DNA from: an uncultured virus (IMG/VR IMGVR_UViG_2049941000_000847)
Taxonomy: Duplodnaviria; Heunggongvirae; Uroviricota; Caudoviricetes
DNA length: 64,000 nucleotides
Direction: 5' to 3' (one strand)
Virus record (IMG/VR): IMGVR_UViG_2049941000_000847
The notes under the pieces were generated by a model. It had not been told where the DNA came from. It did not search any database and saw nothing but the letters and a program-made list of their open reading frames with translations. Position numbers and translations under genes: made by a program. Positions 28,177 to 39,700 of the stretch are shown in pieces; the stretch's first letter is position 1, and every line of letters begins with the position of its first letter.

Positions 28177-28662
28177 ATGAACTACAAAACCGACACCCAC
28201 AAGGGATCGTACAACGTTCTCCACAAGGAGAAGTACCTTGGGAATCGTCCCACTATATACAAGTCAATGTGGGAAGTCCACGTTTTTCATGCGCTAGACG
28301 TTAACCCGAACGTGCTAAAATGGGGATATGAGTGCATCGAAATACACTACATGAACCCGGTGCTGCAGAAGTGGGCAACGTATTACCCGGACATATTCTG
28401 CATAGTTAAAACGGAGTCAGGCAGGACGGTACAATATCTGCTCGAGATAAAGCCAGCCAAGTTCTGTGGAGTGCCCAAGAAGCCTACCATGAAAAGAAGC
28501 CCCGAGCTCTTCAACAAGCACATGAAAACCTACAAGGCCGCATGTCTTGACTTCATGGTGAACTCGGCAAAATGGGAAGCCGCCGAACTTTGGTGCAAGC
28601 AGAACAACGTCGTCTGGAAGATACTGAACGAGAACAACACGGGTTCTCTGTTTGGGCATTAA
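28177..28662 (+). CDS. T4 gp4-like head completion nuclease (TnsA-like PD-(D/E)xK)
   Basis: KYLG..IYKSMWE, WGYE, YYPD, LEIKP, VNSAKWEAA..WC. Confidence 0.88.
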   Translation: MNYKTDTHKGSYNVLHKEKYLGNRPTIYKSMWEVHVFHALDVNPNVLKWGYECIEIHYMNPVLQKWATYYPDIFCIVKTESGRTVQYLLEIKPAKFCGVPKKPTMKRSPELFNKHMKTYKAACLDFMVNSAKWEAAELWCKQNNVVWKILNENNTGSLFGH

Positions 28663-28704
28663 ACCAGTATAAACTAATTATATAGATATACGCATCGAGT
28701 TGTC

Positions 28705-29903
28705 ATGAATAAGCTGTTCGTAGATTTCATAAACAGACTCGAAAAGATGTCTGGAAATCGCGATCTCTGCGAAGCTGTCCTGCAGGGATATTTAGCCTGC
28801 CATCCGATCATGGAGGACGCGGCCAAAAGAGCACAGCATTCCACAAGAGAATTCATCAGGAGCAGATTCGGAGAATCAATCGACGCACAGAGTCTTGAGC
28901 TGAAGATCAGAAACGAATTCTTCCACAACGACTATATCAACAAGAAGTTCGAGCCGGGTGTCGCGAGAATCGCGTTTGACAACCTGGATTTCCAAGGAAA
29001 TCGTCAAGACAACATAGGCATTGCAACTCTCAAGAACATCCTGAAGATCATAAGCAGTTCCCATGCAGATGAATACAACAAAGACTTGAACGGCCTTTCG
29101 TTCGAACAGCTCAAGACCAGATTCGGAAAGGATGTGGCGAGGGAATCCGAAGAGACATATAACAGGATCAACACCACGCAATACGAGAAGAACAATTCAT
29201 ACCGCATAGTCGAAATACACTCTTTCGAAGAAGCCCAGGAATATGCGAAGTGGACGGAACCGTACACATGGTGCATCACAGAGAGCGAAGATGCATGGGA
29301 CACATATTCGGGAAACGGGAGAAACCGGGCGTATTTCGTGTTGAAGGACGGATTTGAGAAGATGAAACCAATCGAAGGGGAAGGACACCCCCTCGACGAA
29401 TACGGCCTGTCAATGTTCGGTATCTTCGTCACTAACGATGCGAACGACGACAACCGACCTGCATTGTGTTCCTGTGCCTGCAGGTGGAACCACCATGACG
29501 ACGGCGGCAAGGGCGATACAATCATGGATGTTGAACAGATCTCCAATGTAATCGGTCAGTCGTTTTATGACGCATTTAAACCGTTCTCGTTGGAAGAATT
29601 GCATTCCAGGGGTATTTATACTTTCAGAGAGAAGCTTGAAAAGTATAACGAGACGCATGACAGAAGTTTGTTCGATTATGTCAGTAACTTCTATGAAGGA
29701 TATGCCCGGGTCGAACTGAACGGAGAATACAACTGGATTGACAAAGACGGAAATCTCCTATGGAAAGGGGAGGAGTGGTTTGATAGTGTCGACGTCTTCA
29801 GCGAAGGATATGCCGTGGTAAAACTGAACGGAAAATATAACTTCATCGATAAAGACGGGAATTTCTTGTGGAATGGTGAGAAGTGGGTTGATTATGCATG
29901 TGA
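28705..29903 (+). CDS. Leader-family (type B) WG-repeat protein, paralog 3 (likely continues at ~30910-31423)
   Basis: MNKLFVDFINRLEKMSGNRDLCEAVLQGYLACHPIMED; same middle domain; last ~44 nt before the gap are identical to 30866-30909. Confidence 0.85.
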
Positions 29904-29913
29904 NNNNNNNNNN

Positions 29914-31423
29914 AATCCGCGACATGTTCTTCCATAATGAATATGCCAATATCAAGTTCGAGCCAGGTGTTGCCAGGATTGTGTTTGATGACATCGGAAT
30001 GGAAAGAGAAAACTACGATGTCAGAAGAATGGAGACGCTAAAGGGGATTCTGAAGATCATTAGCAATGCTCACAAGGATGAGTATGACGCGAATCTCAAT
30101 GGCATGTCGTTTGATGAGCTGTCTGAAAGATTCGGAGAGAGAATGGTCGCTGCCTCAGAAGAAGACTACAGGAGAGTCAGCTCAGCGAAATACGAAAGGA
30201 ACAACGACTACGAAATAGTTGAGATACCATCGTTCGCGGAAGCAAAGAAATACTACGAATACACGAATCCAAAAAGTAGATGGTGCTTGACTCACATGGA
30301 AAACATGTGGGATACATATACCGGGAATGGTGGAAACAGGGTTTATTTCGTCCTTAAGGACGGTTTCGATGACATGAAACCAGAAAAAGGTGAGAATTGT
30401 CCATTGGACGAATACGGTCTGTCCATGATATGCGTCATCGTGACAAACGATATCGGTGATGAGGACAGACCAACGCTGTGCACTTGCACTTGCAGATGGA
30501 ACCATGATAACGGTGGGTCTGACCAAGTCATGAGCGTCGATCAGATCTCAAACGTCATCGGCGAATCCTTTTACAACGCATTCAAACCATTCTCGGTTGA
30601 AGAACTCCATGCCAAAGGAATTTATACTTTCAGAGAGAAGTTTGAAAAGTATAGTGAGACACACGACAGAAGTTTGTTAGATTATGTCGACAGATTTTGG
30701 CATGGATATGCCCGGATCGAACTGAACGGAAAATGGAACTTCATCGACAAAGACGGGAATTTCTTGTGGAATGGTGAGAAGTGGTTTGATAGTGTTGGCA
30801 GCTTCAAAGAAGGATATGCCCGGGTCGAACTGAACGGAAAATGGAACTTCATTGACAAGGACGGGAATTTCTTGTGGAATGGTGAGAAGTGGGTTGATTA
30901 TGCATGTGACTTCGATGAAGGATATGCCAGGATTGAACTTAACGGGAAATGGAGCTTCATCGACAAGGATGGAGAGTTGATCGGTGGTGGGGATAAGTGG
31001 TTTGATGGCGCAAATGATTTCCATAACGGTTACGCTAAAGTTGGGGCATACGGAAAACGCAGCTTAATCGGCAAAGATGGTGAATTGATCGGTGGTGGTA
31101 AGAAGTGGTTTCGTGATACCGGTTTCTTCTTTGAAGGATATGCCACAGTCGTCGACCAGAACGGGAAACAAAGCTTCATCGACGAGGATGGAGAGTTGAT
31201 CGGTGGCGGGGATAAGTGGTTTGACCAGGTTTATAGATTCAAAGAAGGATATGCCAGGGTTGAACTTAACGGAAAATTGAACTTCATTGACAAGGACGGG
31301 GATCTCCTATGGAAAGGTGAGAAGTGGTTCGATGATGCCGACAACTTCGACGAAGGATACGCTGAGGTCGAACAGGACGGAAAACGGTACAAGATCGACA
31401 AAGACGGGAAAATTAGTCGATGA
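29914..31423 (+). CDS. WG-repeat protein segment lacking its N-terminus; probably a chimeric assembly of the paralog 1 middle and the paralog 3 C-terminus
   Basis: Begins IRDMFFHNEY, just after the point where paralog 1 enters its gap (..VVDYFE); about seven WG-like repeats. Confidence 0.7.
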
Positions 31424-31427
31424 CGCG

Positions 31428-32750
31428 TCAGGCCATCACTTCCTTGTAGATCTCATCGTACTTGTCCGTCTGCAGCAGGTTGTACTGGTCTGACACGAAC
31501 AGCATTTCCGTGACCATGATAGGCGTCTGCGCCGGTTTGTCGCCGGTAAGCGATTTCATCACGTTGTTCAATCTTATCGTCTTCTGCAACAGTATATACT
31601 CGCCGCTGTACCGATTGTCCAGATGGGCTCTGTCCGGTGTGCGTATGAACAAGTCGCAATAGCTGCCGACAGATGGTCCGATGTTGTTGATTACATATAG
31701 CTTGACCATCTTCGAATAGGTTGCCAGCTCGCGTTTCCTGCACACGGGCGCGATGGAATAATATCTATGGACGTTCTGCGGGAAGTGGTTTATCAGCTGA
31801 AGCGGTCCAAGTGCAACGTCGGTATCTGTGAACCCGCATCTTGCCGCTATATCCTTCTGCTTGGTATCTCCCTGCGACTTCAGGAACTGGGAGAACTGCG
31901 TTCCGGTCGTTCCGTCATTGCCAAGCAGCTTCGTGAGTGCCATGGCTATTATACCGCCCTTCTTGTCGAACGTTGTTCCGGATATTATGACATTCGGGAA
32001 TATGGCTTCCATGTTCGACGCGAGGGTGTCCGTTTTCGAGAATGCGTCGAAGAAGAAGACGTCGGCATCGTATTTGTCGTTGTGCAATGCGGCTTCCAGA
32101 TTGTCGCGCATCGCGTTTTGGCTCTGCACGAACATGTACTTTACCGGATCGGACTTCTTTTCAGTGTTGAAGGAAGATACCTTGAACTTGCCGGTGGTGT
32201 CGTCGTATGCCCAGAACATGAAGTCGTTTGGACGGTATGAGTGCTCGGTTATCCAGTTGAGCTGGTCCCATACGTTGTCCTGGACGAACCTCCAGGTCAT
32301 TTCGTCGGCTCTTGCAAGCTTGTCGTTCTTGTCGAGCTTCACGTCGACTTGGAAACCGCATTTTTCGAGAAGTCTCTTCACGCAGTCCATGGAGGTGCCG
32401 GACATGGCGACTGTCTGCTTGGAAAGAGTGCTCGCGTTCTGGGCGGAGAAATTGGCAACGCAGTCGCTGTGCGGATTCAGGTTGTTCACGCTCATCGAGT
32501 AGGTTGTGACCTGCAGCGAGTTCGTGTTTGTCTTGCCACCGACTACCACGTATTTTGTGGCGATGTTGCCTACGGAAGTTATCTTGGACCCCTCGGTTAT
32601 CTGGTTTTCGTAGTCTACGAACGAGACGGTTCCGGTAGGCGGGCCGTTCATCGGTATGGTGAACGCCAGCTGTTTCATGTTGGTCGGTGGTATCAGGAAC
32701 CCGTTCAGGTCCATTGCTATGATAGGCTGTGCGTTGTTGGCGGGATTCAT
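31428..32750 (-). CDS. Probable tail/baseplate hub-like structural protein
   Basis: Late bidirectional promoter; C-terminal IGPSVG..D..YSGEYIL resembles hub-protein C-termini (weak). Confidence 0.5.
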   Translation of the reverse strand: MNPANNAQPIIAMDLNGFLIPPTNMKQLAFTIPMNGPPTGTVSFVDYENQITEGSKITSVGNIATKYVVVGGKTNTNSLQVTTYSMSVNNLNPHSDCVANFSAQNASTLSKQTVAMSGTSMDCVKRLLEKCGFQVDVKLDKNDKLARADEMTWRFVQDNVWDQLNWITEHSYRPNDFMFWAYDDTTGKFKVSSFNTEKKSDPVKYMFVQSQNAMRDNLEAALHNDKYDADVFFFDAFSKTDTLASNMEAIFPNVIISGTTFDKKGGIIAMALTKLLGNDGTTGTQFSQFLKSQGDTKQKDIAARCGFTDTDVALGPLQLINHFPQNVHRYYSIAPVCRKRELATYSKMVKLYVINNIGPSVGSYCDLFIRTPDRAHLDNRYSGEYILLQKTIRLNNVMKSLTGDKPAQTPIMVTEMLFVSDQYNLLQTDKYDEIYKEVMA

Positions 32751-32778
32751 TGGCTGTGCGGGATCCTTTTCCCACTAT

Positions 32779-32790
32779 AGTTTATAAACT
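32779..32790. promoter_or_regulatory. Palindromic bidirectional late-promoter motif AGTTTATAAACT
   Basis: Between divergent genes 32750(-) and 32813(+). Confidence 0.75.
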
Positions 32791-32812
32791 TTTTAGGGAA
32801 ACTGGTTCAAGC

Positions 32813-33304
32813 ATGATATTCGGTCAAACATTCGGAGACGACATGACGCCACGGGAAGAAAGCCAGTGGCGCGACGGAAACTACATACCAGGATATGCGC
32901 ATGGAAACGGCGTGATGAAGTGGCTGGAAGAACGCCAGGCCGAAAAGGACGCGTTGTACAACAAGTATTCCGGAAGTGCTCCTGGGCAGGAACCAGACTA
33001 CATCATACTCGGAGCGTCCGACACGGATTCCGTGGAGATAGACATGGACAGGATAGCAATGGGAGAAAATCCGTATTCGGCCGGATTCAACGTGAGCGGG
33101 AAGCTGATGTCCACCGGTGAAGAGGAAAGGGGGCAATCCATAACTTTGCCGCCGACGCTAAAGGAGACGCAGGAGCAAAAGCCGAAGCGCGGTCCCGGAA
33201 GACCTCCGAAATATCCGAACGGGAGGCCGCCGGAGAACCCTTATCAGAAGAAGTCAATAGGACATAGCAAGGGCGTACAGTTCAGTGGCGACACGGACGT
33301 TTAA
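32813..33304 (+). CDS. Hypothetical protein with AT-hook-like motif
   Basis: PKRGPGRPPK near the C-terminus. Confidence 0.6.
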   Translation: MIFGQTFGDDMTPREESQWRDGNYIPGYAHGNGVMKWLEERQAEKDALYNKYSGSAPGQEPDYIILGASDTDSVEIDMDRIAMGENPYSAGFNVSGKLMSTGEEERGQSITLPPTLKETQEQKPKRGPGRPPKYPNGRPPENPYQKKSIGHSKGVQFSGDTDV

Positions 33305-33308
33305 GTAG

Positions 33309-33581
33309 CTACTTCTTGCCTTCTTCCTTGGGGTCTTCACCCTTTCCATCATCTTCACCCTTGCCTTCTCCGTCACCTTCTACTTCGCCGGATTCCTTGG
33401 CTTTCTTTTCTGCCTCTTCGCGCTTGGTCTTGGTAAGGTCTTCGGGATCAGGCACCTCTTCAATCACAATAACCGGTTCGATTATTGTTCCTGGCTTGCG
33501 ACCTTTCATGGCTTCCGTGCCGGAGCCGTACAAATCCTTCTCACCTTCGACTCTCCATTTCTGTACGAGGATGTTAACCAT
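33309..33581 (-). CDS. Small charged protein downstream of tail fibres
   Basis: AGGAG RBS; co-oriented with the fibre genes. Confidence 0.6.
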   Translation of the reverse strand: MVNILVQKWRVEGEKDLYGSGTEAMKGRKPGTIIEPVIVIEEVPDPEDLTKTKREEAEKKAKESGEVEGDGEGKGEDDGKGEDPKEEGKK

Positions 33582-33593
33582 GATGTTGTTCTC

Positions 33594-36500
33594 CTATTTG
33601 ACGGCCATGTAGCACAGGGTTGTTTCATATTGCAACGAAGGTATCGTTGATGGAAGAGTTGTCTTTGATGACGTATATGAGATCGAACCTACAATATATG
33701 GGTCGAAGTTCTGCGTAATATCGTGCTGAAGAACCGTTAGAGACATGTTATATTCCCCTTGAGCCGTGCCACCCCAGAAGACGAACCAATATTCTTCTCC
33801 AGCTGTCACTGTGAAAGGAGTTTCAACGTCATACCATAACATTTCTTCATCCGGTTCTGTTGCGAAAGAGCAAGGACCGGTCTGCCCTATGAGATTTCCA
33901 AGTTTGTCATAAACGCCCATCATCACAATGCCCTGAATGCCGGTGCAATGATAGAACCCTAATTTTGTTCTCTTTGCAGTTTCATGTGAAATGAACTTTG
34001 CAGCGTAGAGCTTGTTCGGGTTCGATGTAAGATTTTCCTTTTTGGTACTAAGGCATATGTTGAAGTTTTCCTGACACGTACCTGGGAGATCCACCCACTT
34101 TGGCTTCATGCCGAACGTTGATATCTCTTCGAGTCCGAGAACCTGCCCAACTGTACCGGCCGGTAGACTCAGCGCGGATCGTCTTCCCTGTGAATCTGTC
34201 GAACCAGCGTATATGATGTCACCGAAAGCAGTCATCGGATGACCAGACTGGAACACATCGGATTCAGTTCTCCAATAAGGTTCATTCTGAGGTACCATTC
34301 CACTTTGAACAGGTGTTCCGGCTCGCAGAGACAAGATATTGCCGACCGAAGCCGAGTTCATTCCGAGCGTCTTCAGCTTGTTTTCATATCCACCACCGGC
34401 TCTCGTATTGGTATCCTCGAACTGAGTGTAGAACATGTAAGTGTCGTTGGGGTTGTCCGCATTGAGCGCGTACAGGGGATTTTCCCACATTACAGTTCCG
34501 CCGTTTACAGTAAGAATCTGCCTGTCTGATCCTGCTCCAAGCCTATTCGGTGCCCCGCTTGTACCACCAATTATCAGGTCATTGGAGGAAGTCATGGGGT
34601 TGAGCATGCCTTCGTCGGTTCCCCATTCCGGGCCATTCGAGCCGACCTTGAGAACCTGACCAAGCGTTCCCTGCGCAAGCCTGCTCGGAGTTCCGGAATT
34701 TCCTCCGACAATAATGTCACCGGAAGTTGTCATGGGGTTCTGCATTCCACTTGATTCATTTCCCCATTCAAGACCGGAAGCACCGACCTTGAGCACCTGA
34801 CCCTGAGTTCCAATGGCAAGTCTTGCAGGAGTTCCGGAATTTCCTCCGACAATAATGTCACCGGCGCTGGTCATCGGGTTGATCATTCCGCTTGCCGTTG
34901 ACGCTATTTCGATTGTCTGCTTGCCGTCGCTGTCGGTGTTTGTGGTGATTGTGATGTTGCTGCCTGGCGTAAGTTTTGACGCCAAGTAGTTTGCTTCCGT
35001 GTCGGTTGCCGTTACGAGTATTTTATGGTCACCGGTTTGCGTCGGTATGGTTGCCCACTGCAGATAATAAACTCCGGAATCATATCTGCTTGTCAGAATC
35101 TGACCATCATTCCCAGGTCCAAGGCGGTCTGGAACGCCGCCGCTTGTTCCGACTATCAAGTCTCCTCTGCTGGTCATCGGGTTTTCGAACCCTATTTCGT
35201 TTCCCCATTCCAATCCGGAGGCACCGACCTTGAGCACCTGACCATATATTCCCTGACCAAGTCTACCTGGTGCACCGGAATTTCCCCCGACAATAATGTC
35301 GCCGGAAGTTGTCATGGGGTTTTGCATTCCACTTGATTCATTTCCCCATTCAAGGCCAGAGGAACCTACCTTGAGAACCTGACCCTGTGTACCGGAGGCA
35401 AGTCTTGAAGGAACGCCACTTGCACCCCCGACGATTAAATCCCCTGCAGTGGTAATAAGTCCATCCAATTCACTTGGAGGAGCATAGAGTCCTTCGTTGC
35501 CTGTATCTTTCAGCTGAAGAATGTTGTCAGATTCACTGGATAATGCGAGACCTACGGTGTATTCATTGTTGACGTTTCCACTGACCAATATTCCAGGACT
35601 GCCGGAATCAAGCGCGGCGACCGGGAATTCAACTTCACCATAAAGGCCATCGGAGCCAGCAGTCAGTGAGACATTGCCTGATGAGCTGTCTATCTTCAGG
35701 TCGGCGGTAAGGTCTCCATTCTGGTCAATAGTGAGGCCTATGGAATCGGTGTCAGAGATGGATACAACAGCTTCATCATCCCACGTAATTCCATTTGTCC
35801 CTACCTTGAGGATTTTACCGGGTGAACCAACGGAAAGTCTGGAAGGGGCTCCGCTAGTGCCGCCAACGATCAAGTCTCCAGCGGCTGTCATCGGATTGGA
35901 CATCTTGGAGGAAGTCGCGTTGGTGATGGCCGTGCGAGTTGCCTTTTCGGTGGCGATCTTGTTGTCCGAACCGGTGGAGTCGAGAGAGGTGGTGATGTTG
36001 GTTATAATGGGCTGTGTGGTGGAAACCTCAGCGTCCTTGATGAGACGGATTGGATGAGCCTTGCTTCCGGGGGTCTCGGAGGAAAATGAAATATTGGGGC
36101 CGCTGTATGAGTATTGGCTATCTTCCGAAATGATGAGATAATACTGCGACGACCCATTGGAATCAGCAAGCCAAAGATTAGAAGTATTGGTGAAGTTATA
36201 TCCACCGGGCGTGCTGATATAACCCCAGCCGGAACCGCTCCAACCAGTCGAGTTTATGCACAAATTGAACCCAGTTAGATTGTGCTTGTTGGCGGGAACC
36301 TTAAGACCGTATGAGCTCCAAAGACTCGAACAGCTGTTCATCAGCGCGGCGTTGCCGAGCATCTGGGCAGTCACGTTCCCCGAAGCGCCGGAGCCGTATG
36401 TTTCCATCGCCCAGGTCTTCAGGGTGTTTATCTCATCTCTCGTCGGAACGTGCCAGCCATCGGGAACCGCCCATTCGAGGGAAGCCAGAGTGTAGTATGC

Positions 36501-36758
36501 GCCGAAAGTCCAGCCCTGGGCTTCATAGTTTCCGTAGTCCTGCTGGTTTTGATAACGCCAAGCATGGCCCTCGGACTGGGCGTTGGGGGTGTTCACCCAG
36601 TCGCCGCTCTTGCCGCCGTAGTTGAAGTTGATAGTCATCCACGTCTGATTGCCCAGCTTCTTCCAGGTATAGACCTGTCCGTCGCGGGCGTCGACCCACG
36701 TTCCCTCGTCGGCGGGAGGTGCTTCAACTATCTGCCATGCATCCTTGATTTTGAACAT
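33594..36758 (-). CDS. Tail fibre-like protein with N-terminal FISUMP domain and about eight NPMTxxGDxIVGG repeats
   Basis: DARDGQVY..KLGNQTWM..N.NY, YYT, PDGWHVPT..E, N.TGF, IRLIKD (FISUMP); repeats NPMTTSGDIIVGGNSG.P.RL..GT.GQVLKVG..GLEW; AGGAGG RBS. Confidence 0.8.
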   Translation of the reverse strand: MFKIKDAWQIVEAPPADEGTWVDARDGQVYTWKKLGNQTWMTINFNYGGKSGDWVNTPNAQSEGHAWRYQNQQDYGNYEAQGWTFGAYYTLASLEWAVPDGWHVPTRDEINTLKTWAMETYGSGASGNVTAQMLGNAALMNSCSSLWSSYGLKVPANKHNLTGFNLCINSTGWSGSGWGYISTPGGYNFTNTSNLWLADSNGSSQYYLIISEDSQYSYSGPNISFSSETPGSKAHPIRLIKDAEVSTTQPIITNITTSLDSTGSDNKIATEKATRTAITNATSSKMSNPMTAAGDLIVGGTSGAPSRLSVGSPGKILKVGTNGITWDDEAVVSISDTDSIGLTIDQNGDLTADLKIDSSSGNVSLTAGSDGLYGEVEFPVAALDSGSPGILVSGNVNNEYTVGLALSSESDNILQLKDTGNEGLYAPPSELDGLITTAGDLIVGGASGVPSRLASGTQGQVLKVGSSGLEWGNESSGMQNPMTTSGDIIVGGNSGAPGRLGQGIYGQVLKVGASGLEWGNEIGFENPMTSRGDLIVGTSGGVPDRLGPGNDGQILTSRYDSGVYYLQWATIPTQTGDHKILVTATDTEANYLASKLTPGSNITITTNTDSDGKQTIEIASTASGMINPMTSAGDIIVGGNSGTPARLAIGTQGQVLKVGASGLEWGNESSGMQNPMTTSGDIIVGGNSGTPSRLAQGTLGQVLKVGSNGPEWGTDEGMLNPMTSSNDLIIGGTSGAPNRLGAGSDRQILTVNGGTVMWENPLYALNADNPNDTYMFYTQFEDTNTRAGGGYENKLKTLGMNSASVGNILSLRAGTPVQSGMVPQNEPYWRTESDVFQSGHPMTAFGDIIYAGSTDSQGRRSALSLPAGTVGQVLGLEEISTFGMKPKWVDLPGTCQENFNICLSTKKENLTSNPNKLYAAKFISHETAKRTKLGFYHCTGIQGIVMMGVYDKLGNLIGQTGPCSFATEPDEEMLWYDVETPFTVTAGEEYWFVFWGGTAQGEYNMSLTVLQHDITQNFDPYIVGSISYTSSKTTLPSTIPSLQYETTLCYMAVK

Positions 36759-36770
36759 ATCCTAAACCTC

Positions 36771-39700
36771 CTAAACTATGGCCCCAGCCGAGTTCTTCCA
36801 ATAGCCGCCGATATACCAAATCACGCAGTCTATCGTGGTGTCGTAGCCGTATTGCCCTTCCGTTGGGCTTGCTGGCCTTTGAGCCGATGTGAACGCCCCG
36901 AGATACCATTCCGTCCCTGTGCTCGGCGTAGTCCATTCCAAACCCGAGGAACCGACCGAGAGGACCTGACCAGTCGTTCCTGGGGCGAGCACGACGACTG
37001 AGGGTTCTTCCTCTCCTGGCTCTCCTACCTGCTCGACGACTAGAATCGATCCGGACCCCGTGGTGGAATCAAGACCGAACTGTTCGTTGGTCAGATCGGA
37101 GAATGTAGCCAACTCGACCCCGGCATCCGAATCAGCATAGGTCATCAGCTTGTGCGTGGTGGTGGAGTCGAATGCGTTGTTGTAGGCCGGGAGTTTCAGC
37201 TCTGTAGTGGTAATAGAGGTCGACTTGGCGCTCATCGAAATGGAGGACTGGCCGTTGCTCCCCGACATGCTGAACGAAAGCGGAGAAGAAGCGCCCGTGA
37301 CAGAAGCCGAAAGACCTGTCACGTTTTCGGTTATCGTGGTGTAATGGGTGCTGTCCCCCTCAACCTTCAAGTTGATCGGGGCACCACAGGTATTCGTGAT
37401 GTTGATTGGCCCCGTGGCGCAACTCAACGTGCAAATACCACCAAGAGTCAGGTTGGAGCCGTATGTGTCATTGTAGTAGAATCCCTTGAGCGACCATTCC
37501 GTGTTCTGGTGTACATCCGTGACACCGGAAAGGACGATATAGTCAGTGTTGTTGATGAACAACTGATTGGAACAGCTCAGATTGACAGAGGACCGCTTGT
37601 GCGTTGCGGAGGAACCACCTTGATAGTCCTGTGTGGCAAGGGTGATTCCTCCTGGGTTCGCATCTATCGTCGTTCTGTAGGTTTCCTCACTGCTTCCTGA
37701 ACCGGTATGATAGGTGGATGTATAACCGAAGGTGGCTGAAGACAATTGAATGGCGGAGGAGCTTTCAGTTCCACCGGAGGACACTGACGAGCTGAGGTTT
37801 ATAGTCGAGCCAGCTGAGTTCACAAGGTTCATCGAGCCGCTGTTGGCCGTGATGTTAACTGTCGGGGCGGTAATCGAAGTCAATCCTACGGAATTGAGAT
37901 AGATTGACGAGCCAGTGTTCGTGATATTTATCGGACCGGCGTTGGAGGAAAGGGTAGAAGAATTGAAGTTCAGGTCCAGCTTCGCTTCCCAATCGCTACC
38001 GCCAGAGGACCCGGTACCTCTCAATATCGCGTGGCTTCCGTCATGTGCCTCCAGGTCGATGTCCCCGTATGCCTCACCTACAATCTTGCCGTTGTTGGGC
38101 AGTTCAAGACTGGAGCCCGATTCGTTGTTGTAGAGACCGACCGTATTGTAGGATGAAAGTGAGGCGTTGGTTCCCATGTCGAGCGAGGAACTGTAATGCT
38201 GTTCCTCGTCGTCATATTTTACGTTTACGGCGAATGTGTCGGAACTTACCGAGACCTGGTGAGACGGGTCAATCACCCTCGTCCCGTTGCTGTCAATCAT
38301 CAAGCCGCCGTTAGGTGCACCAATCAAGTAAATAGAAGAACCCGAAATGTTGGTGTTTCCCTGCACTGCCCCTATGTTGATAGTGGCGGTTCCTGTGTCT
38401 CCTTGTGCGACTCCAGCCAAAAGTGTTATGGTTTTAGCCGAGCCGGAAATAGACGAATCACCGGAAACCATGATCCAAGTCGGTGACGTTGTGGTCGGTA
38501 TGGAAACGGTGGCGGAGGTCGGGGTCAGCTTCAAATCGGAATACACCGCCGGGCTTGCAGAATCGTTCCTGGACTGAAATTCCAAATAGGAGTCGGCATT
38601 GCCTTTCTGCGTCAGCGTTGTGCTGTTCGCCGACATTGCCAATTCGCCGTTGGCAGTAGCATCTCCATAGGACTTCAAAGTTACAGAAGCGCCCTGTGTC
38701 TGGACAAGAGAATATCCATATTGTCCACCTATCGTCTGGGAAACGATTTGAATAGGAGCACCAGCAGGGGACGAAAGATATATCGGTGCATTGTCGGCGG
38801 TGACACGAATCGGGGCGGTCGTTGAATGAAGAGACGCACCGGCCCCTGCATTCAACACAAGCTCGGTGTAGGTTGAGCTATCGCTAGCCGCTTTGGCGGT
38901 CAATGGCCCGGCGCTCCCAAGATTCATCATGGAGTTGGTGGAAGACAGATTGAAAGGACCGTCCGCCGTTCCGACGATAGGTCCGGAGGAACTCACCGAC
39001 ACGCTGGAAAGGTCGGCTGAAAGACCTCCGTAGAACTGTATGTTCTTCGCATTTGTGGCACTCGAACTGGAAGCCGCGATGAGAGAAAGCCTGTTGTTGA
39101 CGTAGTGGTATTCGTTAGGAGCTTCGACGTATATGAATCCGCCAGAGTTCTGTCTGATTATGCTGGAACCAGTAAGGTCGAGCTCGTAGTTCGCCGTCAG
39201 ACTCATCTGGGCATCTGTCGTCACCGTGATGTTATGCGTTGAATTCGAACCGACAGTCATGTCTCGACCGAATGAGATATTGGCGTCTCTTGTGGCGATT
39301 ATGTCAACGTCTTCTGTGGACTGCACTTTCCCGGTAAGATCAAATGTGTATGGATCGGCCTGTGTGCCGGTGCCTGCTACCACGACCTCGTCCGAGTCCG
39401 CGAAATTGTCCTTGTCAGCGCCAGACCACTCCGGAACACCGGAAGAGTTAACTCTTAGAAATTGACCTTCTGTACCGATTGCAAGTTTTTCTGGCGTGCC
39501 GCCAGTACCGCCAACAATCAAGTCTCCGGCGGCCGTCATCGGGTTTTCAAGACCGTCTTCTCCGTTTGTGACGGTGAACGTCGATGTGTTGCCGTTTGTA
39601 TAGGTGATCGTGTATGTGTCTACGAGACCGGATGTTCCGGTTTTGGCAATGGATTGAATGCCATTTCCGGTTTCACCGGTATCGCCCTTTTCGCCTTGAA

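Noticed and set aside
29914..30865. A fourth independent full-length type B paralog
   Set aside because: It starts where paralog 1 enters its 918-nt gap and is of similar length, and 29860-29903 repeats at 30866-30909; probably a misplaced contig caused by repeat collapse.
15861..31423. Complete diversity-generating retroelement
   Set aside because: No reverse transcriptase, Avd or non-coding template repeat in the window, and synonymous adenines are unmutated; kept only as a hypothesis in findings.
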